DNA from: Vicugna vicugna
Lineage: Eukaryota
Direction: 5' to 3'
Assembly: GCA_013265495.1 (NCBI GenBank)
Contig: MU058423.1
Location: forward strand, 1,067,061-1,131,060
DNA length: 64,000 nucleotides
Shown: positions 11,921-25,100 of the stretch, in pieces
How the letters are laid out: each line of letters opens with the position of its first letter
Position numbering within the stretch: position 1 is the first letter of the stretch
Position numbers and translations under genes: made by a program
Notes under the pieces: model-generated
Database searches by the model: none
Told to the model about the DNA's origin: nothing
Seen by the model: only the letters and a program-made list of their open reading frames with translations

Positions 11921-12880
11921 TTTTATAGGAAAGATAAACGGTTATTGGCTAACCAAACTTTTTTTTAAATTGACATAATGATTCCAAGTACCTCAAAAAA
12001 AATATAGGTGGAGATGATTTCTTCCCCTTACGTTCATGCTACTTTCAATTTTGTTTACAACAAACTAACACAGCTTTTAGGCCCACTGTCTAGGGCATAA
12101 AGGAATACACAACCAGCATCTTACAGTGTCATCAGGCTTTCTATGCCTTCCCTTGATGCATAGCACTCGGACCCAATCTTGGAGATGTCCTAAGCTCCAA
12201 ATTTCCACTGAGACATTTGGGTTAACTTTTATAAAGTATTACTTAAGTATTTACTAGATAAAACTCAGGAGCCATGTCAGCTCTAGGATAAAGTTTCATC
12301 AGAATGGTATTGGTTGTAATCGGAGGCCGTGCTCTGTGGGTTATTTAAGAACAGCCACCTTGTGCGGAGAGTTGCTGTTCTTGACTAGAGGATTTTTTTA
12401 GCACGAAGTTAAAAATCAGACATGAGAAAACATGGTGAAATGTGAAGAACAGTAGACCTGGAATCCAAAAATCTGGTTCTACCATTCAGCATGAGTCACC
12501 TAATATTTTTACACATTTGTTTCCTCATTGATAAAATGAAAACATCGATGCTACCTTCAAGGGCAAGAATTAAGTGAGATAATACAATGAACAATACAGT
12601 GCTAGGAATGAAATAAGCGTTCAGGAAGTTATCTGTTAACTTGGTAATAGTTTGTTAGTATTTGAATCTGCTTATTCATCAGAAAGAAGACCATATCCCA
12701 GAGCAGCCTTGCAGGAAGATTAAAGCCTGGGGTTTGTGCTACTTTCTTTATACAGCTGAGCTAAAACAGTAACTCCTTACTCTGTTCATGTCTGCTTCTG
12801 GATGAGAACCAATCGCTTCCAAACAATGATACAACCTAAGGGGAATTCAAGCAAGGACTCCATCTTTCCCATCTCCAGTG

Positions 12881-12882
<2 letters not shown>

Positions 12883-12917
<35 letters not shown>
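12883..12917. repeat. (TG)n microsatellite
   Basis: Direct observation. Confidence 0.95.
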
Positions 12918-12919
<2 letters not shown>

Positions 12920-15712
12920 GGAGAGGGGCAGCGGTGAGATAGAGGAAAGGCCAAAAAAGTAGTTGGAAATTTCCTTTCCATTTTAATAATTAGTTGAGCC
13001 AGATACTAAGCTGTGTGTGTGTCAAAAACATTAGTTTGAGGCCAGAAAGTAGAAAACACATTTCTAGTACATTCACAATATTAATTTTGAGTTGAGGGAG
13101 CAAATCCCAAATTCAAACCAGATTCAGAAATTATGACCTCAGCTTTTCCAGAGTTTGTACTGATTAGGCTTGTTACAGATTAACCAGAGGTAGAACATAA
13201 TAGGGGGAAAACACAGGAGAAGAAAAAGTAGAATTCGTGAGATTACTCAAACTCAGAGAATGAAATTTCCTGTCTCAGTGCTTGCTGCTAATAAATGAGA
13301 CTTAAGAGAAGGAGTGTAATATTTTCTAAGGAGGACCGAAGGGGTGAGTGTTAGGGTTTTGCCAAGGGAATTACCAAGGGTATCGTTTGTCTTGGGCTGG
13401 AAGGTCATGGGGAGTGCATCGTTTTGCAGAGCAATACAGGGTGATGGTGAACTAGGGGAGAAGAGCTGGTGGTTGTAGAATGAGCTATACCACTCTTTTT
13501 AAATCAGTTAATTAACATTTATACATTAACTACCAGCGGTGTACTCAAGAGCTTAGTAAATATTCAGGGGCTACAATGACACATGAAACACAGCACCGGT
13601 GCCCAGTGTGCCTAGTAGAGGCAAAAGTAACCTACAAGCCTAGTGAGATAGAAGAAAAAGGTAAATGGAAGGCTCTGGAGCCAGAGTGTTAAGAAATCTT
13701 GAATGACCAACATTTGGATTAAAAAAAAAGGAAAGGCTAAACTCCAAAACAAAGACTAGAAATAGATGTGCTGCAGAAGAGGAGGACTCCTGACCAAAAA
13801 AAGAAAAAAGAAAAAAATCATTAAGTGTCAGGTATGCTGGGAACATGATTAAAGGCCTCGCCTGGACTTTGAACTTGGCAAAGGTTTGAGTTAAGAGGAA
13901 GCATTTCTCAAGCCCTTCCTTTGGCTCCTGCAGAGCTGAGGCGCGTGGTGTAAAGAAAGGCCAGGGCGTGTGCTCCCAGGACAGGCATCTGAAATGCATC
14001 ATAATCTCCTTGCTGGGAGTTGTAGGGCTTCTCACTGCCCCTCTCGTCACCCTTTGAGCCACAATTGCCAAAATGAACAGATTATCACAATTTCAGCCCA
14101 TGCAACGATCTCACTAATGCTCATTTGCTGACTTTAATGAGCTCCAGAACCACTTTGTATGATCTTACAATCAGCTCAGGTTTATCACCAAAAGAATCTT
14201 ATTCAAGAGGTCCACTTTGCAGAACTCAGATACATTGATGTGAAAATGAATTCAAACGAATTCTTGTGGGCATTGGAGGGCCCTCGAAGTTCCCTAACAC
14301 CATTAAGCACAGAAATGTTAGATGCTGGCGGTCCTGATGAGCTGGCTTTTGTACTATACCTGTCTTGCCAACTACATTCACGTAGCCTTTTGTTCTCTCT
14401 TCAAATTTCACAGCATCCTCTGCTCTGCCTAAAAAGGAAAACTCACGTCTTCGAGCTGTTACAATAAAACTATTGGCAGAGCGTAAAGTGAGAACAGAGC
14501 CTTGCTTTAATTTATTGCACCACGCAGATTTATTACACATCAGCGTAATAATAACAACGCCTAACGACACCGTGACTTGCCGTCTGATAATCTCCTCCTC
14601 TGCTCCAGTAGGAGTGCAGAGGGGGGAGCCTGAAGGGCCCTGTAGGCTCCCTGTATGGTGCTAAGCGCTGCTGGGCACACTCTTGGCTCGGTGCCACGAG
14701 ATGATGTGGTACCACTGGGCCGTGCAGCGCCAAGATGTAATGCAGAGCTGGTGAGGAGATGCAGTGTTTGGACGGAAAGCACTGGAAGCAGTTTGCCAGG
14801 TCTGGAAAGGACTGTTTCCACAGTTGCTCATTGCTAGTGAGTAAGCGTCCTCCTTCTTCTCATAAGGGATTTTTCTACCTGCATTACGATGAGAACACAC
14901 TTTGAGAACCATAGAGGTGAGGAAGTCCTTCACAGGGCGTCTTACCTGCCTTTAGGCAGCACCACACTTAAAAGAATCCCAGACCTTCAAAGTTAAATCT
15001 GTTCGGAGTTTCTGAGGAACAACAAACAAAATGCAGGGTTAAAGATAATCACCCCTCAGGCCAAAGATCTCCTTCAAGGTTCTCTTTTGGGCTGCTTCTC
15101 TGTTGCTTCAGTGTGGCTTCTGAGCCCTGGGGTGCCCCATCAGTCTTGGCTGCTTCCAGGGAAACTGCTCTGAGGCCCCCGGGCACACAGATTGCCCACA
15201 GCAACAGTGAAATCCTTACAGAGGACGGCGTCCATCAGAGATGCCCTCCTGCTGCTCCGCTCGCCCTGGAGCTTCTCATTAGATGTTTCTAATTTTTAAG
15301 ATAATGGGAACTTAATGGGGATTATTTTGATTTCCTCTCACCAGCCGATGCTTTTGTATCCGAAGCCCTGCTGTCCTCAGCTGCACTGCCTGAACAAATT
15401 GCATCCTGAACAAGCAAAAGCCGTGGCCCAGGAGACTGCTGACGTGACCTCAGAAACCCACAGTCCAATACCCTTGCTCAGTTTTCTTTTCTCTTAGGCC
15501 AAGAGTATTGTCTGTAATAGCATTTGGATTTCCGGCCACCTCGGTGACCACGCTGGACTCTCCTTCCCTCCACCAATTTTAAGAGAGGAAAATATCCCTA
15601 ACAAATCATCCATGCCTAAGCAATTAATTCTAAGCATTTGGGGGGCTCAGGGTCCTGCTGTTTCCCTGCTCCTTACCACATTTTATAAAAATCAAGAATT
15701 TAGTCTGGCCAT

Positions 15713-16300
15713 ATTTGGAGGAAACTTTAATTCAAAAAGATACGTGCACGCCAATGTTCATAGCAGCACTATTTACAGTAGCCAAGACATGGAAGCAACC
15801 TAACTGTCCATCAAGAGATGATTAGATAAAGAAGATGTGGGTATGTACTACTCAGACATAAAAAAGAACAAAATAATGCCATTTGCCGCAACATGTGTAG
15901 ACCTGGAGATTGTCATACTAAGTGAAGTAAGCCAGAAAGAGAAGGCAAAATACCATTGGATGTGGAATCTAAAAAAAAAATGAGACAAATTAACTTATTT
16001 ACAAAACAGAAAGAGACTCACAGACATAGAAAACAAACTTGTGGTTACCAAGGAGGAAAGGATGAGGGTGGTGGGGGAGGGATAAATTGGGAGTTTGGGA
16101 TTTGCAGATACTAACTTCCATATATAAAATAAAGAGCAAGGTTTTACTGTAGAGCACAGGGAACTATGTTCAATACCTTGTAATAACCTATAATGAAAAA
16201 GAATATGAAAAGGAATATATATGTATGTATAACTGAATCACTATGCTGTACACGAGAAATTAACACAAAGTTGTAAACTGACTGTATGTCAAAAAAAAAA
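15713..16300 (+). mobile_element. 5'-truncated L1 3' end with poly(A) and perfect 19-bp TSD
   Basis: aagaatttagtctggccat at 15694-15712 and 16301-16319. L1 3' UTR motifs (aatgttcatagcagcactatttaca, gggataaattgggagtttggg). Confidence 0.92.
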
Positions 16301-19300
16301 AAGAATTTAGTCTGGCCATCATCCATTACCTGATTGTACTCTAAGATGAAGATCTGCCTTCTCCAAAGACAGTTTCAAGACCAAAAAGATTGGAAAATTA
16401 TGTATAATTAACCCTTAGAGAAATGAAATGACCTCAATAAATATTTTTTGAGATTATTAGGCCCAGGAGATTCAAAGACATTGTCCCTATCTTCTGTCCA
16501 AAGCTTTGATTTTCTTCTCACTAAACGAATCTGGTTTTTTTGTTGGTTTTTTAAAAATTATTTCAATTAAGTGGCGGTCAGTGGGGTAAATTGGCCCTTG
16601 GGGGTTTTTATCCTGTCGAAATGCTGGCAAGCCACAAAAATAAGCAAACCGCCATCATTAGTAGACCGACTGTGCCCAACACTTCACAGGATGGGCCAGT
16701 TTGGGGTGTCCCCTGTTGGCTGCTAGCTATTAGGACCACTCAGCAAATCTTGAATCTTGGAAATCACTTCAGTCCTGTGATGGCTGATTCCTGGTAGGTA
16801 AGAAACCATGTCAGTCTTCTGTCTGAGCTTCAGTGTAGCATTATCGCTACCAACGTCGGCTTCTGGCAGTAGGCCTTCATCCTACAACTAGCCCCATAGC
16901 AACTCAACAAAGCCGAAGAGGCTGATGAGTCAGAAAAGGAGAGAAGCCCAGTCCTGGGTCTGTCCAGAGAGGTGACAGGCCTGGACGCTTCAAAACACAC
17001 TGCTGATCACCTTTCATGGAGGGCCCTAGAATGTTTTAACTAAACAGTTGTTTTGAGGATGAATTTGTAAGACAGGCAATTAACCATCCAGCTATTTTGT
17101 GGGATGGTTGTCAATGGGTTGGCCCAAAGGGAGGAAAAAGGAAAAGGGCACCAAAGAAGGCAAATGACTGACGGTGTAAGACGGCAAGTAGGTAGAAACT
17201 GTCGCATTGTAAATGAGTCAAAAAAATCAAAATTATGTCAGGAGTGGGGACTCATTTTTAATTATTTTGGTGATGATGATTTTATTTTTTTTAATTAATT
17301 AATTTATTTTAAGGGTATTAGCAAAACTGCCATCCTGGCCACTGAGAATTGATTTCAAGGAGAACCAGCATGTAATAGGGACCCGGACAAGAATTTGGAT
17401 GAAAGGGTGGCAGTGAGGGGGATCAGTGAGGAGATAAGAATGAGGCGGAGGCTTCAGCCCCACAAGAAATGGCCGCTTGACTTCAAAGGGTGCCTTTGTC
17501 ACCGACAGCGTTCAGGAGAGCAGACAGTGTGCAGAAACTTGGCTCGCTGGCCCCTGATGTTGACTGATAAGGCAGTCTCAGTGTTGAGCACCGGGCACGG
17601 GCTCCTTTGCTACCTTCATCAGTCTGGAGGTGCTGACGTTGCTGAGAGCGTCTCCGCCGCAGCCCCAGGGCCTCTTCCCACTTCCTCCTCTTCTGGTTGC
17701 TCTTCTCATTAGAGAGGCCAAGGCCCACTCTAGCCTGCTTTGCATCTCTTACATCAGAGGCTTGGGATGGCCGATTGCAAACGAATCGTTGCAATCTTTT
17801 CCTTTCATGCTGTTGAAGTTTGAGCAGAGAGGCAAAAAGTCAGCGGCCCAGGAACAAACAAATGTCTACGTTTCTAAAATGAGTCGGCAATGAGGCTTCT
17901 CTGAAAATGCAGGGTGCGGCGAAGACAGCATTCAGGGCAGAAGCTGAGCAGGATCTCACAGATTCTCAATCCTACAAATTTTCCTTGTTCTGTTGAAAAG
18001 AAAAAACAAAAGCCAGATACTAGCCTCTTACCTGGCATGGTATAAAGACTCTAAATGATGTTCACTATTTTTTTAATTGCACCCTGTGCCGTTCAACTGG
18101 GAAGAGTGGGTTTTTGATTCCAACACGACTGTTCGTGCCTCAGACGGGGAAGGAGAAGGGTGAACATAGTTTAAAAAGGGAAAAAAATTATCTAAAAATT
18201 TCTACCATGACAAAAATTAAAGTTCAGTTTCCAAGCCAAAGGAACATTCTGTCAAATCTACACTGCACCCCAGTTGACACCCTACCGCTTGACTCAGCTC
18301 TGCTTAATTTTGGCACCTTTCATCTCAGAAAACACAGTAAATACTAATTACTTTTCACAGCATTCTGAAGTCAGTCGAGTCATTCAAACTCGTAATGATG
18401 ACAGGCTGGGCAGTAGGTAGCAATTTTCCTTTGTTGTCCTCACCCTTCCCACATGCTGGGAAACTGAGGCACGGAAGGCTTCAAGGTTCTGGACAAAATC
18501 AATGGTGTTCCAGGAACCAAACCTTGAGCACTTCCTTCGTCTTTAGGAAGTGGCTTTTTGATTCAGCAGCGGTACTTTCCAGTGCTAGCAATTGTGTCAG
18601 CAGCTAAGATGACTCCCGTCCAAGGGGCCCCAGGTTCTCGGCCTCTGCTTCATCTCAGAAAAGCTCTCTGGCTGTTGAAGAAAATGTAGTGGGTGGGGAA
18701 GTAGGGTGAAGCATCTGTGAGTTTGGTGGATGGGTCCTTAACTGTATGTTAGCAGGGAAAAGAAGGACTCTGTGATTGTGAATTAATATAACTAGAAGGG
18801 ACTGGATTTGTCCTTAAAACTATGATAAGAAGCTGGCAGGACCAGCACTACCTCCTCCCTTGGCAATGAAGCGTCGCAGTGCCATGGACAAGCCTAATCC
18901 TTCCCCCGCCTTGTCCTGCACACATTGGGTATTGCACACATCCTGTCAACTCTGGGAAGAGGCCATATTGGGGTGGATTTTCTTGAGGCCTTATTTGTTT
19001 CCACCTTGAGTAGAGGTCAACAGGACACTCAATCCTAGGTAGATCGTGGTGGTCTTAGAGTAGCTAGATAGTTCAGTATTAGCTGAACTTTGACCATTGT
19101 TTTAAAGTGCTAGAAGAGAAAGATGAACAATTGCCACCAGGTAGAGAAGAGTAGACAGTGGGTGCTAGTTTCCTCCCACCTTCACGATCTCTTGCCTCAG
19201 AAAAGTGGGAGAAAAGAAACTGACACATCATTTGATGAACTCTCCCTCCCTACAGAGTAGTCCAGTTCTGTATCTCAGCAGAAAAGGGGGAAAGAGGGAG

Positions 19301-19869
19301 CGGGAACTAACATTTGAGCACCTACTCTATGCTGATCACTTTATAATTTAATCTTCGCTCACAAGATCCTACTGTGTAGGTATGATGATCCTCATTTTTA
19401 GAAACAACTTTCTGAGGTTCGCACAGTTAAGGAAGCCATGAGGCCAAAATGTAAAACCCAGAGGTTCCGGACCCCACATTCTTTCCAGGAGTATTGTTAT
19501 GCTGAAGTGCCCATTTTGCATGAAGGCTGACTTGATTCCCAACGCAGCCTACAGGAGGAAAAGGACAGCAGGCTGGTACTGTCTTCTTATATAACATAGT
19601 TATCAGAATGTCCTTGATGACAGGAAGGGTCAGGAGGTCAAGTTTGTTTCAATAGCCTATTGGGCTGAGGGATCAGATTCATTGAATGAACACTTTTCTT
19701 TCCAGGGTGTAGGGGGCAGTTCTTTGCAAAAGGCCAATGGAAGGAAATACTCTATGACTTGTTTGTTGAAAAATCCAACTAGAGTTTACCTTTAATCATT
19801 TTTCAATAAATTTAGGGATACCTTGAAGTAGAAAGACTAGTTTCAAAATCATACTACTCTTAACCCTTG

Positions 19870-20100
19870 TCATAAGAATAATTATAGGCAAATTTATTGA
19901 GGGCTTATTATGTGCCAGAAACTGTTCTTTAGGCTTTATATGTGTTATTCAATCCTCCAACAATCCTTTGAAGAAGGTATTATTATTCTCTATTTTACAG
20001 ATGAAAGGCACAGAGAGGTTAAGTAACTTGCCCAAGGTTACACAGGAAGGAAGTGGCAAAAGGATTTGAACTTCCAAACCTCGGCACCTATCAGCTACAC
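19870..20100 (-). mobile_element. MIR SINE
   Basis: attttacagatgaaaggcacagagaggttaagtaacttgcccaaggttacacag. Confidence 0.8.
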
Positions 20101-21458
20101 TTTTTGCTGCCTGTCATCAGGAAGGACTGTATGTTGATAAGAAGGATCGTTTCTGTTCTTGGAGAAGGGTCTTTTCTCATTTGCTGTTTCTAGAGGAACA
20201 GCAACATTCTGCCCCATGCAGCACTAGGTCCCTTTACCTGCATTCATGTTAATGTGGCTGGGGAAGCCCACTGAGCTCAGCGCCTCATCCTTCATTACAC
20301 AGCTTGGCCCGTCTCTTCTCTTGTCTTTTCTCTTTAGCATCTTTCTTGTGATGGGAGTGAGGGGCGATTGTAGACTAGGATCTTCTTTCTCAGATGTGGG
20401 TTACCACCCTTTGGTGTGGTCATTGTCCTGGCAGTAAAAAGTGACTGACATCCCACTCCTTGGACACAACAAGTCTCACCACCAGCATCGTCTCACCAGA
20501 GAGAGGCAGGCAGGGTTTACCCACACTGAACACTGTGGTTGAGGTTCATGAACGTGTTCTCGTGTTGTCTAAATATAAGCACGTGGACCTCACTGGGGAG
20601 AGACCAGGTCTTCAAAGAAAGGTCTTGGGGACCCCACCCCTAGCACTGCGGAGATGGAGGGAGGAAGACTGCAGCTGCTCAGCTTCTGATTCTGACGGCT
20701 GAAACTCACATCTGCCTCCTGTTTCCTGTGTAAACCAGGATTGCTAAATTACTCACTCCACTCAGATGTGTAAAGAAAACACAGTTTCTTTTTTCTCTAA
20801 ATCATTTTGATATCCTTTATGAGTTCCCACCTGCTGGGTAGCAAGAGGGCAAAAAAACTAATTTTAGTTCAATAGGTTTTAAAACTACGTCAGTCAAAAT
20901 TATTCACTGTCTCTTTAGGCTTCACTGTGTCTTTGAGTTAAGGCTCCGTCTTTCAGGTTCTTCCCTTCTTCTGCTTGCCTCTCTGTAAGTGGTACCTGCC
21001 ACCCATGGGTCTGAGACCAGGACCCTGGCTCCCTCACCCCATGCTATGCCCTCTTAAACACGCTGCTTTAACAGGGGATTTTATGGGAATGGGAAACAGC
21101 TCTCCTGCCCTTAACATTCCCTTAATTTATTCCGTTCTCTTCAGGCAGAGACCTGGAGAGGAGAGGCCAGGAGAAAACAAGGGGACCCCGGGCCTGGCAT
21201 GCAGCTGCCCGCCCATCTCCTTCTAGCATCACACTGCAGAAGGAGGCCTGCTAACTATCACAGGCGGAAGAGTATTTTCTTTATGCTAAGGAGGGAATTC
21301 TAAAATTAGAGTGCCGGTTCTTAAACTTCTAAAGGCTATGCATTATCCAGTTTGTTTTTTCCAAGCTTATTCTAAGTAGCTGTCCTGACCTGCCTGAGGC
21401 ATTACACCTCCAGGCAAGGCCTCTGGGATGTGGGCTGCAAGAAGAGAAGAATTGAAAC

Positions 21459-21772
21459 ATAGTCTTTCCTGGATATCTGTCGGGTATTGGTTCCGGGACC
21501 TGCTGTGGATACCAAACTCCTCGAATTCTCAAGTCCCTCATATAAAGTGGTGCTGTATTTGCATATTAGCTAGCACACCCTCCAGTATATTTTAAATTAT
21601 CTCTACGTTGCTTAATAGCTAATGCAAATGTTATGTAAATAGTTGTCAGGGCAGCAAATTCAAGTTTTGCTTTTTGGAACTTTCGGTTTGCCTGTTTGTT
21701 TCCTGAATATTTTCCGTCTGCCGTTGGTTGAATGTCTGAATGTGGAACCTGCAGATATGGAGGACTTACTGT
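21459..21772. mobile_element. MER2/MER2B (TcMar-Tigger) non-autonomous element
   Basis: gtattggttccgggacc...ggataccaaa...caagtccctcatataaa...gcagcaaattcaagttttgctttttggaac...ttggttgaat...gaacctgcagatatggagg...actgta. Confidence 0.8.
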
Positions 21773-21874
21773 ACTGTGTTTGCTGAATATTGTCCCCATT
21801 ATATCCGTGTGGGATTGGGGTGGCTGAAGGGGAGGGAGGATTCTAGAATGTGTTTAAAAGTGCTCCTCAGAGGA

Positions 21875-22110
21875 GAGGCAGTTCGGTGTGGTGCTTAAAT
21901 GACTGGACTCAAGATCCAAACCAGGCTCTGCTATTTCCTTATGATTTAGACAACTTTATTTATATGTAAACTTTATTTCTCCATCCTTAAAATGGGATCT
22001 TAGTAGTATACATCTCATGGAGTGATTACAAAGTTTAAATTGGTTAACATATATAAAGAACTTAGACTTTGCCCCATCTCATAGTAAACATTCAACCAAT
22101 GTTAACCATT
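21875..22110 (+). mobile_element. MIR SINE
   Basis: aggcagttcggtgtggtgcttaa...taaaatgggatc...catagtaaacattcaaccaatgttaacc. Confidence 0.6.
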
Positions 22111-25100
22111 TAGATTCCGAACACATACAATATTAAATTTTAAGCCTTGGAAGCTTCTTATATATGACATGGGGGAAAGAGCATGGATTTTAAAAGTAGA
22201 CAACTTAAGTGATATGATGTTGAACAAGTTCTATGGCCACTGTGAGGCTGAGTCTGAAGAACGGGGCTGGTAATGTCACAGGATACCTGTCAATGAAATG
22301 AGATACTGTGTGAAACAGTTGGCAAAGGGTTGGGCAGATAATTGAAGTTCAACCAACGTTTCTTCCCCTTTCTCCTTAGATCAGGAGCATGTTCTTCTAT
22401 AAAGGGTTACTGTTATATCCTCAACCAGGAACCTTAAATTTTATAATCCCCTAACTGGCTGATGCATAGGACAAGCCTGACAGATTCATCGACAAATTCA
22501 AATAAGCCTCCAGCTGGGGAGGTTCAAGACCCAGAAGGTCTTCCTGTCACATGTGGCTGGTCAGAGGACACTTCCTGGCTTCTGCTCTTCACATCTTCTA
22601 AAGTGGGTACACCTTACCTTCTCCCTCCTCTTTGTTAGTTTCACTGTGATCCGCTGGAGGATCTGCATCTGCTTTCCTCGCATTACTCAACCCACACTTG
22701 GAGAGAAGTGTGTTTGCATAAATACTAGCAGATGAATTTTTAAAATATCACTTTTCTCTTCTGGCAGTCTGTGAGAGAAATGAGCAAATATAAACAGAAG
22801 AGTATCGTACTAGAAACATAGCAGATGGGTTCCTGCTGGGATCTGGACTTTCCTGGAGTTTACACATTGGGGAGATGTAGGATCATGACAAAATTCACTG
22901 ATAAGGCTCTTGCTTTTTGTTTCTTGGGCACAACAGTAACTGCTTAATGACTGAGCATAATGAGCACTTTCAGCCCCACTTTTCCCTTTTGGGGAACAAG
23001 AAGGATGCTGCAAGCACTCTCTGTAGGAGGGACTTTCTTCATAAGCTTAGCATAAATCCAGTTTGATTACGGAATCAAGGAGAGGAGAAAAAGAGTTTAT
23101 CTTCACTTCATGTTGCAAGGGCAGGAAAAAAAAAAGGAAACACTTCTCTTCCCATGTCAGATGGCTTCATGCTTATGACCAGGAGTTTATCATGGATATT
23201 AACAAATGGAAACAGATGACACACACTCCCTGACCAATCCTGATTTGGGCCACCTCAGTTCAGACTACACATTCTGAGAAACACATCGATATCTGGGGAG
23301 TTGATCATTAACTCCAGTTTACACCTTTGACCTCATCTTGGTTAGGTATTATTTTCATTTATTCATTCAACAGATTTTATTGGGCATCTACTATTGACTA
23401 AGCACTGCCTTAGGAGTGCAAATATAGCAATGAAGAAAACAAGTTTGGTCCCTGACTTCACAAAACTCAAGTCTAGTGGGAAAACAGACACATCTCATGA
23501 GCTAGTCATTTTATTACACAGGTATTAAAAGGTGCAGTAAATCAATAGTCTCTATATCCATCAACCATAATATGTCCCAAAAACTGGCCTTGGAGAAAAT
23601 AGGGGGTAGAAGCTCCCTGTGGCTTCCTGTTGTCAGAGCCCCCACGGGGTCTTTAAAATCACCCCATGGGAGGGCTCCTTATCCACTGATGGACTTGGCT
23701 TCATGAGTTGTCCTTAGGGTCTCTCAACAGATTGCTGTAATGACTTCTGGATCTCAGCAAAAGCCTCACCTTTAATCAATAAGTATTAACTCATTTTTTT
23801 TTATTACAAGCATGTTTCTCCGGGTTAACAAGAGAGGCCACATGATGTATCGCAAAGACCACAGGCTTTGAAATCAGCCCTGAGTTCTAATCTTGGCTCT
23901 AATATTTATTAGCCATGTCCCCTTGGGCAAGTTACGTCACTTTTCTATGGTTTAATGGCCTCATATTGGGAAAATAGCCCTTAACTCTGGATGCTTGAGA
24001 TTCTTAAATGAAATAAGCCCTAAAAAGTGATTAGCATGAAGCACATGCTCCTTCATTATGCTTAGGGACTGTATTCTATACGATGCAGGACTTGCCTTTG
24101 AAAGAAAATAGCATTTTCATGAAATAGTTAATGATCACCATACAACTATGAGCTATTTGGTAAATGGTAATTTATACCCAGAGCTGACTATGCTTATCCT
24201 GACTACAGCCAACTCTTCCTGCTTCTGCTGCCCTAACTCTGCAGTTCAAAACATACCCACCCCACTCCCGCCAAGCAGGGAAGCCCACAAGACATCAGAA
24301 TGCTCCAATAAGGAATCAGAGTAAGAGTAAGATAAATGTTTCAAAATGAGGTCCTCAGCCTTGTCACACTGATTACACTATTGCCCTTTATTTCACTATT
24401 CTTTCCAATCATTAAAAGGATTATCTGTTATCTCCAAGATGTTTGAAAATACGGGGCTGGAGATGGAACTTCAGGGCCACATTCGGAAAGAAATACACAG
24501 CTAGATGCTGGAGACATTGCCTTAAGCAATTTCTATGTCCTTCAAGACTCCTGTACCAGAAATCCTTAGTCTTAGTGCAAGAGGGATAGATTCCCCCAAG
24601 AAATCTGATTGGCGGCTCCATCTGATTGTCTTTCCTATTGATTCCTGTCAAAGTGCTCAGTTACCGACCCAAATATTATTAGGATTTACCACATAGCTAA
24701 GTGATGGGGCTAATGTGCAAATCTCCAAATTTTGTGCATTAATTAAATAAAGACATGGTTTTTAAAAACTGGAAACATATGTAATGTCCAAAACATAGGG
24801 GATGATGAAGGTAACTCTATGGGTTATATATCAACTATTAGTAATTACGGTTATATAATTTTCCAGATGATAACAGAAAAAGATATTTAGCAAAAAGCAG
24901 TGTCCAAAATTTTATATACAGATTGAAAGCAACGGTGTTAAAAGAATAAATCTATGCCTACGAAAGGACTGGAAGGAAACACACTAAAACGTTAACATTC
25001 TGAGTGTTAAAACTGTGGCTAGCATTTTTGTTTCTACTTTTATTTTTATAACAAACATATATAGTTTATATCATCCTAAAAAGATGATATTGTTCATTTT

